Numbered from the stretch's first letter, positions 27,943 to 45,960 are shown. The stretch is 64,000 bases of DNA from the human T2T-CHM13v2.0 reference genome, Homo sapiens (GCF_009914755.1 NC_060931.1), one strand, 5' to 3'. The notes: generated by a model from the sequence alone, not told the origin. Program-made: numbers and translations.

Positions 27943-29380
27943 GGCACAGCTTAAGATGTCTTGTAGGCACCCAGAGAGGAAGCTGATTTTCTCCTGGTGA
28001 AATACAAGAAAACCCTCTACCCCATGTAATGATTCTCCCCTCTTCCCAGGTCTTTGTTCTGACATCTTTCCACCACACAAGGTTTCCTTCATGGGGATTT
28101 ATTTTTTGCCCTGTTAGATGCTGCTCTGCTGCAGTTGTAACCTGATCTCTGGACAAGTTCAAAAAATTTAAAATAATAAGAGCCAGTTGTAGCTGCATAT
28201 AGGGAGTGGAGTATTCCCCCCTCTTTGCCTTTTGTTTTTGTAATTGAGTTTTTAAAGTTCTGTTTGCAAGTTCAACAATGGCCTGTGCTTGAGAATTATA
28301 GGGTATGGCAGTACTATGTCGAACACCCCATTGTTGTAAGAATGTTTCTAAAGATTTAGTGCAGTAGCCTGGCCCGTTGTCTGTTTTAAGTTCCTGTGGA
28401 ATGCCCATAACAGCAAAACAAGAAAGCAAATGTCTTTTTATACGTGCTGTAGCTTCACCAGTTTCGCAGGTAGCCCACATGAATTTTGAAAATGTATCAA
28501 CACTTACAGGAACGTAAGAAAGTTTACCAAATTTAGGAATGTGGGTAACGTCAGTTTGTCAGATTTTGTTAGGTGCCAACCCTCTAGGGTTAACACCAGT
28601 TCCTTGATGTGGTAATTGTAATACTTGGCACTGAGGACAATGTTGTACAATGTCCTTTGCTTGTCTCCAGGTGATTTGATATTTCTGTTTAAGTCCTGCT
28701 GCATTAACAAGTGTTAAGGAGTGAAAGTCTTGGGCATCTGTGAGTACAGGAGAAACTAATAAATCAGCTTGATTATTAGCCCTTACAAGGGGCCCAGGGT
28801 GATTAGTATGTGTTTGGATGTGTGTAATATGAAAAGGAAAACCTTGATGATGCACCACCTTCTGTAAGGAAGAAAACAGTTGATAAAGTTGTTCATCAAC
28901 AATGTACTTAATTAATGCAGTTTTTATGTTTAGAGTGGCTTGAACAACGTAAGCCGAACCAGAGACAATATTTACAGGCTGATTAAAATCTTTCAACACA
29001 GTTATAACTGCCTGTAATTCAGCCCTCTGAGCTGAATGGAAATTAGTATGAATAATTCAATTTTTAGGTCCTACACAGGCTGCCTTTCCAGAACTAAAGC
29101 CGTCTGTAAATACAGTCACTGCTCCTTCTAAGGGAGCATTATGGGTAATTTTTGGCAGAACTCATGTAGTTAATTTTAAAAACTGAAAAATCCTATTTTT
29201 TGGATAATGATTGTTAAGGTTTCCTATGAATTCAGCTTGCCAATTAACTTGCCAATAAATTTACTTGCCAATTAACGGAGTTAATAAAAACCTGTCGAAT
29301 CTGGTTTTTGTTCATTGGAACTATAAAAAGACCATTCAACCAAGTCCTCACTCTGAGCAATAACCCCTGTAGGTGAATGG
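27857..29380 (-). pseudogene. HERV-K-type pol remnant (RT connection, RNase H, integrase)
   Basis: ORFs 28559..28999 (HITHIQTH...HSLTLVNA...CPQC) and 27857..28480 ([22 protein letters not shown]). Confidence 0.9.
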
Positions 29381-29973
29381 AGCTTGTTGTATTTTTTCCT
29401 CAATCATTAGTGCTGGTTGTAAGCCACAGATTGTAATAGGGAATGAACATAAGGAGAATTTGGCCCACATTGTCCAATTGCTTGCCTTAAGTCTTTCAAT
29501 ATTTTAAAAGGGAATGGCTCCCAGTGTGACTGAGCATGTCCAGGCTGCTCCTCTGGTATGACAGTCACCAGAAACTGCCAAGCATCCAAGTCCCCACTTT
29601 CTCGTGCCTGATGAATGGAAGCCTGAATTGTCCCATATTTAACGTTGGGAGGAGCCCGAAGCATCTCTTTGGAATAATTAACAGGTGGACAAGTCTGAAT
29701 TTTTAACCGTAATTAACTGGTGGCTGAGTCTGATTTTTACCGTAGTTAACGGCAGGTTGTGCAATAACAGGTGCCGCAAACGGCATCTCAGGCTCCCATG
29801 CCTGTAGTTCACAAGGCTTAGGTGGGGGTGGCCATTCCGGAGCTTCCCCTGAGGGTGCAGTAGATTGAACTGTCTCTTTCATATGTTTTTGGAGGTTAGC
29901 ATACATAACCTCCTGATTCTCCCCCTTTTTTAAACTGGAGCTAGATGTTGAGGTGATCAGGCCCAACCCCTTT

Positions 29974-30290
29974 AATGCCTGCATGATCTCGTTCCCATTC
30001 CTGATATTAATAACTTGTATACTGTATGTTTTGCCCCTTTTCTTGATTTATGTAGATAGAGGCTTATCAATTTTATTAATTATTTCCAAAGAATTCATGT
30101 TTGATTTTATTGGTTTTCTCTATTTTTTTTTTCTGTTTCAAGATTTCTTCCCTTTAGTATTTCCTTCATCCTCCTTACTTTAGGTTCAATTTGCTGTTCC
30201 TTTTCTAAATTTTTAATGTGGTATCACAAATTATTGTTTTCATTTCTGGATCTTTAATGTAGACATTTTTGTCTACACATTGCTTTATTG
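29974..30290 (-). mobile_element. Old L1M ORF2 fragment, antisense (host of the provirus)
   Basis: agaggcttatcaattttattaatt...tttgattttattggttttctc resembles the L1 reverse strand and appears continuous with 25350-25381. Confidence 0.6.
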
Positions 30291-31321
30291 TTAAAGCATT
30301 AGATGAAACGTGGTGCTCACTGCAAATGTAGTCCCTAACAGAGAACTTTCCTACTGCAGTGATCCCTGTAACCTGAATAAAGATTCCCTAAGTAATGATC
30401 CAGTGCTTTAATAGTACTAAAAATAAATACTATATTTTGCATCAATTTCTGTAATTAAATAGAATAATATATACCTTCTAGCCAGGTTTAGGCTTCAGAA
30501 ACAAAATATAATCCTAGTCTTTTAAGGTATCTCAGTTCAGAATCGCGGAGATGCTTTCTCATGCTGCCTGTTCTTTTGGACTTGCCTTCGTTTGCCTGTC
30601 AAACCAAGGGACCAAGTGGTCTTTGTTATTTAAGTCATGTTGCTCTGGAATGTAAATTATCCTTACTGTTGGTGCAAGATGTATTCCATTGCCTTGTTCT
30701 GCTTTTTAGTGTAGCCATCCTGTGCTTGTATACCCAGGGCCAATCACATTCTATCCTCAAAGAAATGTATGTCTTGTCTCTTACAGTTCTCTTTAGAATT
30801 ATTAGCAATTTTATAATTACTAAAGTGCTATGTAATTCTAAATAAGGTCTCAGCTGTGGGGTATAATGGTAAATTGAGACCCCTTTTACAATGGAAAAAT
30901 AACTGGTTATAACGGTGAGCTGGGACCCCATTACAATACTCTCAAAGTTTCCATTTTAGTGGTAAGTAGTGTCAGATGTCAGTGTTTAGAATATTTCAGT
31001 GGTTCCAGGACCATCTCGGGAGGTGAATTTTGGGCCCATCCTAGTCAGTCCAGTGAAAGTCATTTACTCTCTTTTGCTTCTAGCAGATGACTCATGGACA
31101 TACCCTGGAAATAAGGACACACTGTGGACTCGGAGGACATACCTGAGGTACTGGGAGAAAGGGGTATGGGGGCTTAGCTGGGAGGCCTGTTGTGCTGAGC
31201 AGGGGTTCAGGGGCTCAAGGGTCTTTCAGAATAACTGATAACTCTCTAGTTTTGGCCCAGAAGTTTCTTCCAGAATGTCACAGCATGACCCATGTTTTTT
31301 GTCTCACTGCAGAGCCTTTGC

Positions 31322-31608
31322 AAGGTTCAGTATGGTAGCCACCAGGCATACCAAGCTGAATATTCCTTCTTTCCTTCTGGGGAAAATGCCTGGTGCAAGT
31401 TGTTCTGCCTGACTTTGCCTTTTAGAATTCTGACAATGGAGTAGCTATTTAACTTTAAATAAATTGAAACAAAATAAAATTTAAAATTCAGAACTGCAAT
31501 CACACTCGTCACATTTCAAGCGCTCAGTAGTCACGTGTGGCTAAGGGTCACCATCTTGGACAGCACAGAACAACCCCATCCCTGCAGAAAGTTCTATTAG
31601 AGCTGCTG
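31322..31608. mobile_element. MER3-like hAT-Charlie MITE interrupted by ~90 bp, just upstream of GIMAP4 exon 1
   Basis: cagtatggtagccac...gtagctatttaactttaaat...cacatttcaagcgctcagtagtcacgtgtggcta...cagaaagttctattagagctgctg matches recalled MER3. Confidence 0.7.
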
Positions 31609-31680
31609 GATGATCAGGTGGGCAGGTCCCTTGCACAAGTAAATCTGGACAGCTCCTCCCCTCACTTCCTCTCTTCTCCT
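31600..31680 (+). promoter_or_regulatory. GIMAP4 TATA-less core promoter with ETS motif and E-box
   Basis: ACTTCCTC (reverse GAGGAAGT) at 31664-31671 and CAGGTG at 31615-31620, in a pyrimidine-rich start region; RUNX-like TGTGGT at 31768-31773. Function is inferred. Confidence 0.55.
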
Positions 31681-31748
31681 GTTTCTCAACATCCTGGCTT
31701 AGTATTGTGTGCAAAATCAGAGAGGGGTGCAAGATCCTGATTTTTCAG
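31664..31748 (+). other. GIMAP4: GIMAP4 exon 1 (non-coding; 5' end approximate)
   Basis: Strong donor CAG|GTAAGG at 31748/31749; sequence agrees with my recall of the GIMAP4 mRNA leader. Confidence 0.75.
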
Positions 31749-32959
31749 GTAAGGGAATAGGGGTGTGTGTGGTGGGGGTCGGGACGAATGTGCGATTTTG
31801 GTGAGGAGGGACCTGTATCTTAAATCGTCTGGTAAACATGTTTTCAGACTATATTCTCGCTGGTTCCTGTTTCCTGGCTTTGCTAATTTTAGGCTGTGAT
31901 CTGTTTTCAAGGCTGAGCCCTACAAATCAATGCCTCTTCCAGAGATTGCTGCTCAGAGGATACTTGTTTTACAAATAAATGTTTCCTCTCGCTGGTTGTG
32001 GAATTTATATAGAAACTTTGATTCTTCCAGGGATAAAGTTGGGTGAGCGGACAGAATTAGCTCTGGGGGAGCTGGTGGGAAGAGGAACATTGGGATGTGT
32101 AAGGGGCACAGCTCCATATGTGGCCCCACAAAGACTGCACCCAGGTCAGGATTGGAGGCTCTGCAGTCTGAGGTCTTGTTACAGGGTTAACTGTCTGCTC
32201 GGAGCTGCCCGTTAGGGAAACTGTCTCCTCAGGGACAGTCCTGGGTTTACTGGGCATTGAGCTCCCCTTTAGCGGGTAGGAGGAGGGAGATGCCACCTGG
32301 TGTGACTCTCTACAGTTCAGGAGAAGCTGGATGCTGATGGGTGCTTGTTCCTTAGGCAGAGAGAGGAGAATTCAGCCACCTGAAGTCAGCACCTACAGAA
32401 GCACAGTCTCCTGGCTTTGCCTCTGAATTATTAACAGCAGAGCAGCATTAAAGAGCCCACACACTAGAAGGAGGATATGAAGAAACACCCAGAGAATGTC
32501 ACAAAAACCCAGAATGTCACAGTATTGTTTTCTTCTTGCTGGTGTCCTATCCTCTCTCCTAACACCAGCCACCAAAGCTGATTTTTAAAAAATGCCATGA
32601 TTTCTCTTGTTTACAAGAAGCTGTTTCCTATACCCTATTCTTGAAGGATAAAGAAATAGTCATTCAAAAGAAATATCTGGCTTTTCACAGTGTTTCATAT
32701 TTGTTGGCTTCCTATGAGGTGACTCTGTCTTTAACAACTACCATTTTCTGCCTGTTTTGTTCAAAGTCTGCTCCAATAAGAGTTCTTCAAATATCTTTCT
32801 CCATTGCAAAATGTTTGTAGGTAGCAATGAAATAAAACATTTAAAATTAATACCATGTTTCTATAACACTACATATTAATTAATAAAGGAATGGATTGTC
32901 ATTTTCACAGATCAGATGTGGGCTGGACATAATGATCAATCAAAGGCAAGAAGCAGGGA

Positions 32960-33960
32960 GATTATCCATTTATTTATTTAACAATGATCGATAACCATTC
33001 TTTGCCCAGTATTGTGCTTGTCCCCAGGGAATAATGAGAAATACAAGACATATGTGGTCTTCTCATCACAAAGCTTGTAGTATAAGAGGAGACAGTAAAA
33101 AAATCAAGCAATTAACTTCCTAAAGTAATACATATTCTGTAAGAAGCCTCTGGGGTGCAGTGGATCATAACAGAGGGTGTTGCTGGTAGACAGTGGTGTT
33201 GGGGAAGACTCTCTGGAGAGCCGAGGCCTGCGGGTTGAGCAGGAACAAGCTGGGCACTAGGTTGGAGGGTGAGTGCTCCAAAGAGAAGGAATGATAACTG
33301 CAAAGGCCTTGAAGGTGGAAGGAGCCTAGATTTCCAGAACATTGAGGGTAGTGTGGCTCACACATAGGAGAGAGGAGAGAGCTGATCACACAGGGCCTAT
33401 GGGCCATTCTGAGGACTTCAGTTATTTTGAAACCAATAGTAAGCCACTAGGAAATTTAAACAAGAAAAAATATCAAATTTTAGTTTTAAAAGAACATCTG
33501 ATTGTAGAGTAGAAAAGGGATTGAAGGGGAGATGATCAATTAGAAGCCTGTTAAGTTGTATACAATTGACAGTGGGTTGTATTAGCACAAAGATGGAGAG
33601 AAATGGGTAATTTCGAGTTTTTTGGAAGTGGAATCAATAGGATTTGGTGATGGGCTGATGAGAGAGAGAGGATAAAAGAGTTGTAGATGACCCCAAAGTT
33701 CTGCAGGAGCCACGGGGCTAGATGTTGGTGCCATCTGCTGAGCGGGGAGCCAGGAAGGCAGACAGGATGTGGAGGTCAGGGCTTAATTTCGGCCAGGTTC
33801 TGTTTGAGATGCCCATGAAATAGCCAAATGGAGTGAGATACAAAAGTTTGGAACTTTTATAAGCTGAGGGAGATATAAAAGTTTGGAACTCTGAGGAGGG
33901 TGTAGGCTACAGACCTCATATAAACACATCCAAGCCACGAATCTCTAGATAGAGGGGGGA
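32960..33960 (-). mobile_element. L2 fragments in GIMAP4 intron 1
   Basis: tccatttatttatttaacaa...ccagtattgtgc L2 3'-end pattern followed by purine-rich L2-like body. Confidence 0.65.
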
Positions 33961-34212
33961 AGGGGCCAGAACCCCTGTGAGGAAGCACTGGAAGCATTTA
34001 TGTTTGTGTAAAGAAAAAGGAACAATCTGAAAATGAAACTGAAAATGGAGGGTTGAGAAGACTTTTGGGAAATGGAGCAGGAGAAATCAATGTAGCAAGC
34101 TCATGGCAAAAAGAAAGTTGTTGTTGACTACAGGCAGTCAGGGATTCTAGTTGCTTCCATTTCCCTAAAATGACATGGTTATGTTTCTTGATCTACAGGA
34201 GTTCAAGCGACA

Positions 34213-34270
34213 ATGGCAGCCCAATACGGCAGTATGAGCTTCAACCCCAGCACACCAGGGGCCAGTTATG
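34213..34270 (+). CDS. GIMAP4: GIMAP4 first coding exon (exon 2 = 34199-34270), MAAQYGSMSFNPSTPGASY-G
   Basis: Acceptor ctacAG at 34197-34198; acaATGG Kozak at 34213; donor ATG|GTGAGA at 34271; phase 1 matches exon 3. Confidence 0.95.
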
Positions 34271-34799
34271 GTGAGAGGGCATTCAGTGCTCCCCAGACCA
34301 GGCTGCAGGGAGGTTAGCAGGTGGGGGTGGGGGATTTGGGGGGGAATAGGGGTGGGGTTCTCCTGCCTTGCCACCCAGTCCCCATTTGAGCAGGAGAAAA
34401 ATATTTCCAACCTCTTTTCTCATTTTCTCCTCATTTGACCTGCTCTTTCATCTTTCTTGACCCTCTGCACTTTCTGCCCATGGTGTGGCTAAGCAGCTAA
34501 GCAGAAGAGAGATTAAATATCCTCTGATTGACCCAGGGCTCGGCACAGTTTCTTACCTCCTGCTTCCTACAACATGGACACACCAGAACAGCTGGTTGTA
34601 GCCTATCTGATTGTTTTTCTGCCCCTTTCTTCAGCCTGGAGGAGAACTGGGAATGAGGAATGTGGGAGTAATTGTCCCTCACCCTGGTATCTAATTTCCC
34701 AGCTCCTGGTGGTCTCACTATAACCAACAAATTAAACTGGCTGGCTCATTCAGTGTATCACATGACCCTCCATTTTCTTCCTTACCCATAGAAATTGAC

Positions 34800-35342
34800 T
34801 ATATCAGTTGAGATTTTGCTGGTTTAATAAACTATCCCAAAGTTTCATAGCTTAAAACATCAGCCATTTAGTTGGTTCTTAATTCTGTGGGTTCACTGGG
34901 CTGTTCTTGGGTCTGGACCAGCTTGGCTCATCTCAGGCACTCACTCATGCATCTGGGGTGAGCTAGTGCCTGGTATGCAACTGAATGGTCTTGGATAGCC
35001 TTATGGACATGTCTGGTAGTTAGCAAGCTCTCAGACAGCAAGGGTAATAGAGATAACTGGGCCTTGTTGTTATCATCAAGAAGGCTAGTCCAGGCTTCCT
35101 TTTAAGGCAGTTGCAGGAGGAGCAGAAAGAAAAGGCAAGCCACAGTGCATAAGCACTTTTGGAGTCTCTGCTTGCACCAGGCTTTCTACTGTCCTACTGT
35201 CCAGAGCAAGTCATAAGGCCCACCCAGATTCAACAGTTGAAGAGACAGATAGCATCTTGATGGGAGGAACTGCAAATCTACATCCCAGAGGCATGCATCC
35301 AGGGATGGGAATAGATTGTGGCTACATTTACAATCTCCTCCA
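34800..35342 (-). mobile_element. MLT1-family MaLR LTR in GIMAP4 intron 2
   Basis: aaactatcccaaa...gcttaaaaca...gcaagtcataaggcccacccagattcaa...gatgggaggaactgcaaa pattern typical of MLT1. Confidence 0.7.
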
Positions 35343-35796
35343 TGGATTGTCACCATATGCTCTCAACACTGACTAACTGTTGCAGTGTTGGAGCTGGCCT
35401 TTGGTGCTTTGTCATTTTGCCTCCCATGATTCTCCTACTTCCTTCCCTATGGCCAAAAAATGCCCTCAGGATATCCTTAGGACAGAGCCTTCTGCTGTGA
35501 TGCTAACTAAAAATGTGAACGCCAGCCCACGTTTTTCCTTAGATAATCTTAGCCTTCCTGTATCCAGTGTTCTCAGTCACATCACTTTCGGAAATACGCT
35601 TCTTTCATCCCAGAATTCTGGTTATCAAACGTGGGAAGGTGTATTTTAAGAATAATGATAAGTTGCATAACCCACTTCCCTGGCTTCTTAATGGGAAGAA
35701 GAAATGCTTCATTTTGAATATAAATTGGGAAAATAAATCTCCACTACAGATATGCTAAAGTCAAATCTTGGGTTACTCCCTGCACGACCTTATTTA

Positions 35797-36133
<337 letters not shown>

Positions 36134-36439
36134 TCATAGTTCTCTTCTGAAACCATTTTATTTCTTCCTCTGGGCTACATAGCTACAAAAGGTCAGACTG
36201 AGAAGCTCAAAGGAATCCTAAAAAGCAAGATTGAAGATAGGAGATTAAGGGAAAGGCCAGTTGCCCAAGTACTGAAAAATGAGCATCAGGCCTACAGGAA
36301 TCTCTGAGTGCAGCAGTAACATCAGGAGAAGCCCCCACAGCCAGTAACGGAGGAGGGCACTGGGGGTGAGGACTCTGCAGGGGAATCTATTAGAGGTAGA
36401 TTCTAACAGCATGGCTTTTTTTTTTTCTTGATGTCCCAG

Positions 36440-37371
36440 GGCCTGGAAGGCAAGAGCCCAGAAATTCCCAATTGAGAATTGTGTTAGTGGGTAAAACCGG
36501 AGCAGGAAAAAGTGCAACAGGAAACAGCATCCTTGGCCGGAAAGTGTTTCATTCTGGCACTGCAGCAAAATCCATTACCAAGAAGTGTGAGAAACGCAGC
36601 AGCTCATGGAAGGAAACAGAACTTGTCGTAGTTGACACACCAGGCATTTTCGACACAGAGGTGCCCAATGCTGAAACGTCCAAGGAGATTATTCGCTGCA
36701 TTCTTCTGACCTCCCCAGGGCCTCATGCTCTGCTTCTGGTGGTTCCACTGGGCCGTTACACTGAGGAAGAGCACAAAGCCACAGAGAAGATCCTGAAAAT
36801 GTTTGGAGAGAGGGCTAGAAGTTTCATGATTCTCATATTCACCCGGAAAGATGACTTAGGTGACACCAATTTGCATGACTACTTAAGGGAAGCTCCAGAA
36901 GACATTCAAGACTTGATGGACATTTTCGGTGACCGCTACTGTGCGTTAAACAACAAGGCAACAGGCGCTGAGCAGGAGGCCCAGAGGGCACAGTTGCTGG
37001 GCCTGATCCAGCGCGTGGTGAGGGAGAACAAGGAAGGCTGCTACACTAATAGGATGTACCAAAGGGCGGAGGAGGAGATCCAGAAGCAAACACAAGCAAT
37101 GCAAGAACTCCACAGAGTGGAGCTGGAGAGAGAGAAAGCACGGATAAGAGAGGAGTATGAAGAGAAAATCAGAAAGCTGGAAGATAAAGTGGAGCAGGAA
37201 AAGAGAAAGAAGCAAATGGAGAAGAAACTAGCAGAACAGGAGGCTCACTATGCTGTAAGGCAGCAAAGGGCAAGAACGGAAGTGGAGAGTAAGGATGGGA
37301 TACTTGAATTAATCATGACAGCGTTACAGATTGCTTCCTTTATTTTGTTACGTCTGTTCGCGGAAGATTAA
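36440..37371 (+). CDS. GIMAP4: GIMAP4 exon 3 coding part: GTPase IMAP family member 4 (AIG1 domain, coiled coil); spliced CDS 58+932=990 nt, 329 aa
   Basis: Polypyrimidine tract and cccAG acceptor at 36438-36439; G1 GKTGAGKS, G3 [13 protein letters not shown] conserved box, G4 TRKD, E/K-rich coil, C-terminal [15 protein letters not shown]. Matches recalled human GIMAP4. Confidence 0.98.
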
Positions 37372-38266
37372 ACTTAATGAAAATCTGTTTGTATTTTCTG
37401 CATATTCTCTGGCAACCTTGCCCCATACTTACTTATTTAGCATAGTCGAGTGCTCTAGTTTCTGTCTCTCAGGCACTCGTAACTAAGGACCACCATTGGC
37501 CATTGGTAGATGTTTGATTGACTTAACAAGAGAGGGACAAATTTTCAATTTGTGAAACTCCAAAGCAGAAAGTATTGGTGCTTGCTACCTTGTGAATTCT
37601 TCCTTAGACATGCAGAGAAAATGTATGCAAGAGACCAAAAAGATGGCTCCAAGCTATGTCATGTTACCTGTAATAAAATCTTTTCTTCTAGATTCTTTCT
37701 ATGTTGGCAGATAATCTCCCCTTGTAGCTTCCACTCACTTATTCTTGCATTCAGAGTCACAATGATCATCTTACCCATGTGGTTTTTGAGAAAGAAAGAT
37801 CAATTCTTTGTTTGCAGTAGGTAATCTTAGAGATGGAGATGATTGTAGAATTATTCCTAGATGAGTGTCAATTTATTTAATTCCATTGTCATATAAGGAG
37901 TCAAATTGTTTCTTATCATTTGTTCATTGAAGAACAGAGACCTGTCTGGAAAATCGATCTCTACAAATTCAATTAAATAATGATCCCCAAATGCTGAAAA
38001 AGTGAAATACAGCAATTCAACAGATAATAGAGCAATGTTTAGTATATTCAGCTGTATCTGTAGAAACTCTTTGACGAACCTCAATTTAACCAATTTGATG
38101 AATACCCAGTTCTCTTCTTTTCTAGAGAAAGATAGTTGCAACCTCACCTCCCTCACTCAACACTTTGAATACTTATTGTTTGGCAGGTCATCCACACACT
38201 TCTGCCCCCACTGCATTGAATTTTTTGCTTATGTTGTTTATAATAAAACTTTTCAATTATCTCATA
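37372..38266 (+). other. GIMAP4: GIMAP4 3' UTR (end approximate)
   Basis: Runs from the stop codon to ~20 nt past AATAAA at 38242-38247; T/GT-rich sequence lies downstream. Confidence 0.75.
38242..38247 (+). terminator. Distal polyadenylation signal of GIMAP4
   Basis: AATAAA with a U-rich upstream element and GU-rich downstream sequence. Confidence 0.75.
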
Positions 38267-38779
38267 TTTGTGCAGAATTGGAACCTGTTTTGTCTTGGAA
38301 AATACTACTGCTACTTCTAATAATACAGGGATGAATTTCACTTTATGGTAAAAGTTCAAGATGATTTTGGAGCTAGACTTTGTCTACCCTCATGACATCT
38401 CCCCTTCCCCCTTTCCCTAGAAGATTTGAGCCACAATCTCAACCCATTTATCAGCCAAAGACCACAACTTCCTTGGATCTTCATTATGTGCTGATGGAAA
38501 TTATGAGTAACCAAGGTTTCTGAGACCTGTGTAGTTTTGTTGGTGCAAAAATTCCCTTTACTATAGAGATAGCGATAGTTGAAGTTCCTATCCCTTTTCT
38601 ACTTTTCTACTGGGCTCTCCTCACCTAATAATTTCTAGAAATCCTGAAAGCGTGTTTTCATGTTCTACCAGTATGTCCTAGAGGTCACATGTGATTATGC
38701 CAACATTCCATGTTCTGCCATCTTGAAATTGGCTTCTCCATGCCCTAAATCATTTTGCCCAAAATAGGATATACATTTC

Positions 38780-44932
<6,153 letters not shown>

Positions 44933-45559
44933 AGGATATACATATCTTCCTTATTTCCCCAAAGCACAAATAAGTTTAGACTGTACATTTAACAAAAGTT
45001 ATCAAAGGCTTAAATATAAGAGAAGCACTACACAATGAAATGTGCGATTCCTTTAGAAATAATCACTCAGAGTAAGACAGCTTCTGCTCTCACCTATTGT
45101 ATTACTACTGTCTGTGAGCAAATATTTGAACAAAAAGCCACACATACCTCCCAAGAGGAAGTACATTCAGGTTTAATAGGAAAAAATCTCTAACTGCAGT
45201 GGTTGTTATCAGTGTAACACACACTCAATTATTCTTCCCCTTGCATTCAGGTTAATGCTGCAGATGAGGGAAAGAAAAAGGTTCTGACTTAAGAAGCAGC
45301 AAGCAGATGAGAAGCCCAAGTGAAAAACTCTAAGAAGAGTGTTGCCTGTTTGCCTCCCAGGAGAGAAGGCAGACAGAAGGTCCTTGGCAAATACTATGCA
45401 TTGTGATTAATACAAGAGGAGAGGGAGACATGTTTCCTTCTCTCAAGAGTTTTGAGGGTTCATACCTACTCACGCACTCATTACCACTCATTGATTCCTT
45501 GTATCTCATGGTTGGTTCTAGAGCAGACACTGAGAATCTAGAGATGAGTAAAAGAAGTC

Positions 45560-45960
45560 CCTTTTGAGATTGGGTTTGTTTGTCTCAGCATAATGCTTTC
45601 GAGAGTCATCTGAGTTGCCTGTTCTTTTTTTTCTGAGTAGTATTTTACCATATGGATGTTCCACAGTTTGCCTTTCTTTACTTATTCTTGTGCACCTAAT
45701 TGATTTATCTTGTTTGATTGCATTGGCCAATACCTCCATTATAATGTTGAGCAGTAGTGGAGATGACAAGCATGCTTGCCTTATTCTTGGCAATGCCTCC
45801 AATGTTTCCCAGTTAAACAAGTAAGGTTCTGGGTTACAGTAGTATCACTGCTCTGCTTTTCCTCTTCTTAAGATGGAAAGCTCAGATATTTGATTTTAGA
45901 ACTCTCTTCTTTACTAGCGTAAGTCTGTAAAGCTATAAAATTTCTCTCTGTTTATGTTTG
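45560..45960 (-). mobile_element. Old L1M fragments
   Basis: ORF 45518..45820 (RQACLSSPLLLNIIMEVLANAIKQ) is L1 RT-like, joined to L1ME-like 3' sequence. Confidence 0.65.

Larger units (their letters stand above)
25382..29967 (-). mobile_element. Deleted HERV-K-superfamily provirus with an LTR14-type 3' LTR (HML-10/HERV-K(C4)- or HML-9/K14C-related); 5' LTR absent
   Basis: 3' LTR at 25382-25914 ends ...gtgttgaggctggaccccaaca like the HERV-K(C4) LTR; PPT at 25915-25934; env remnants 25933-27942; integrase ([12 protein letters not shown]) and RNase H ~27857-29380; gag fragment ~29390-29965; CCCTTT on both sides. Confidence 0.88.

Noticed and set aside
36946-37215. Leu-rich antisense ORF over GIMAP4
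   Set aside because: Expected by-product of the E/K-rich (GAG/AAG) coiled-coil codons on the sense strand.
36472-37371. ORF-track start of GIMAP4 at 36472 (299 aa)
   Set aside because: That codon is an internal TTG (Leu); the real start is the ATG at 34213, spliced to 36440.
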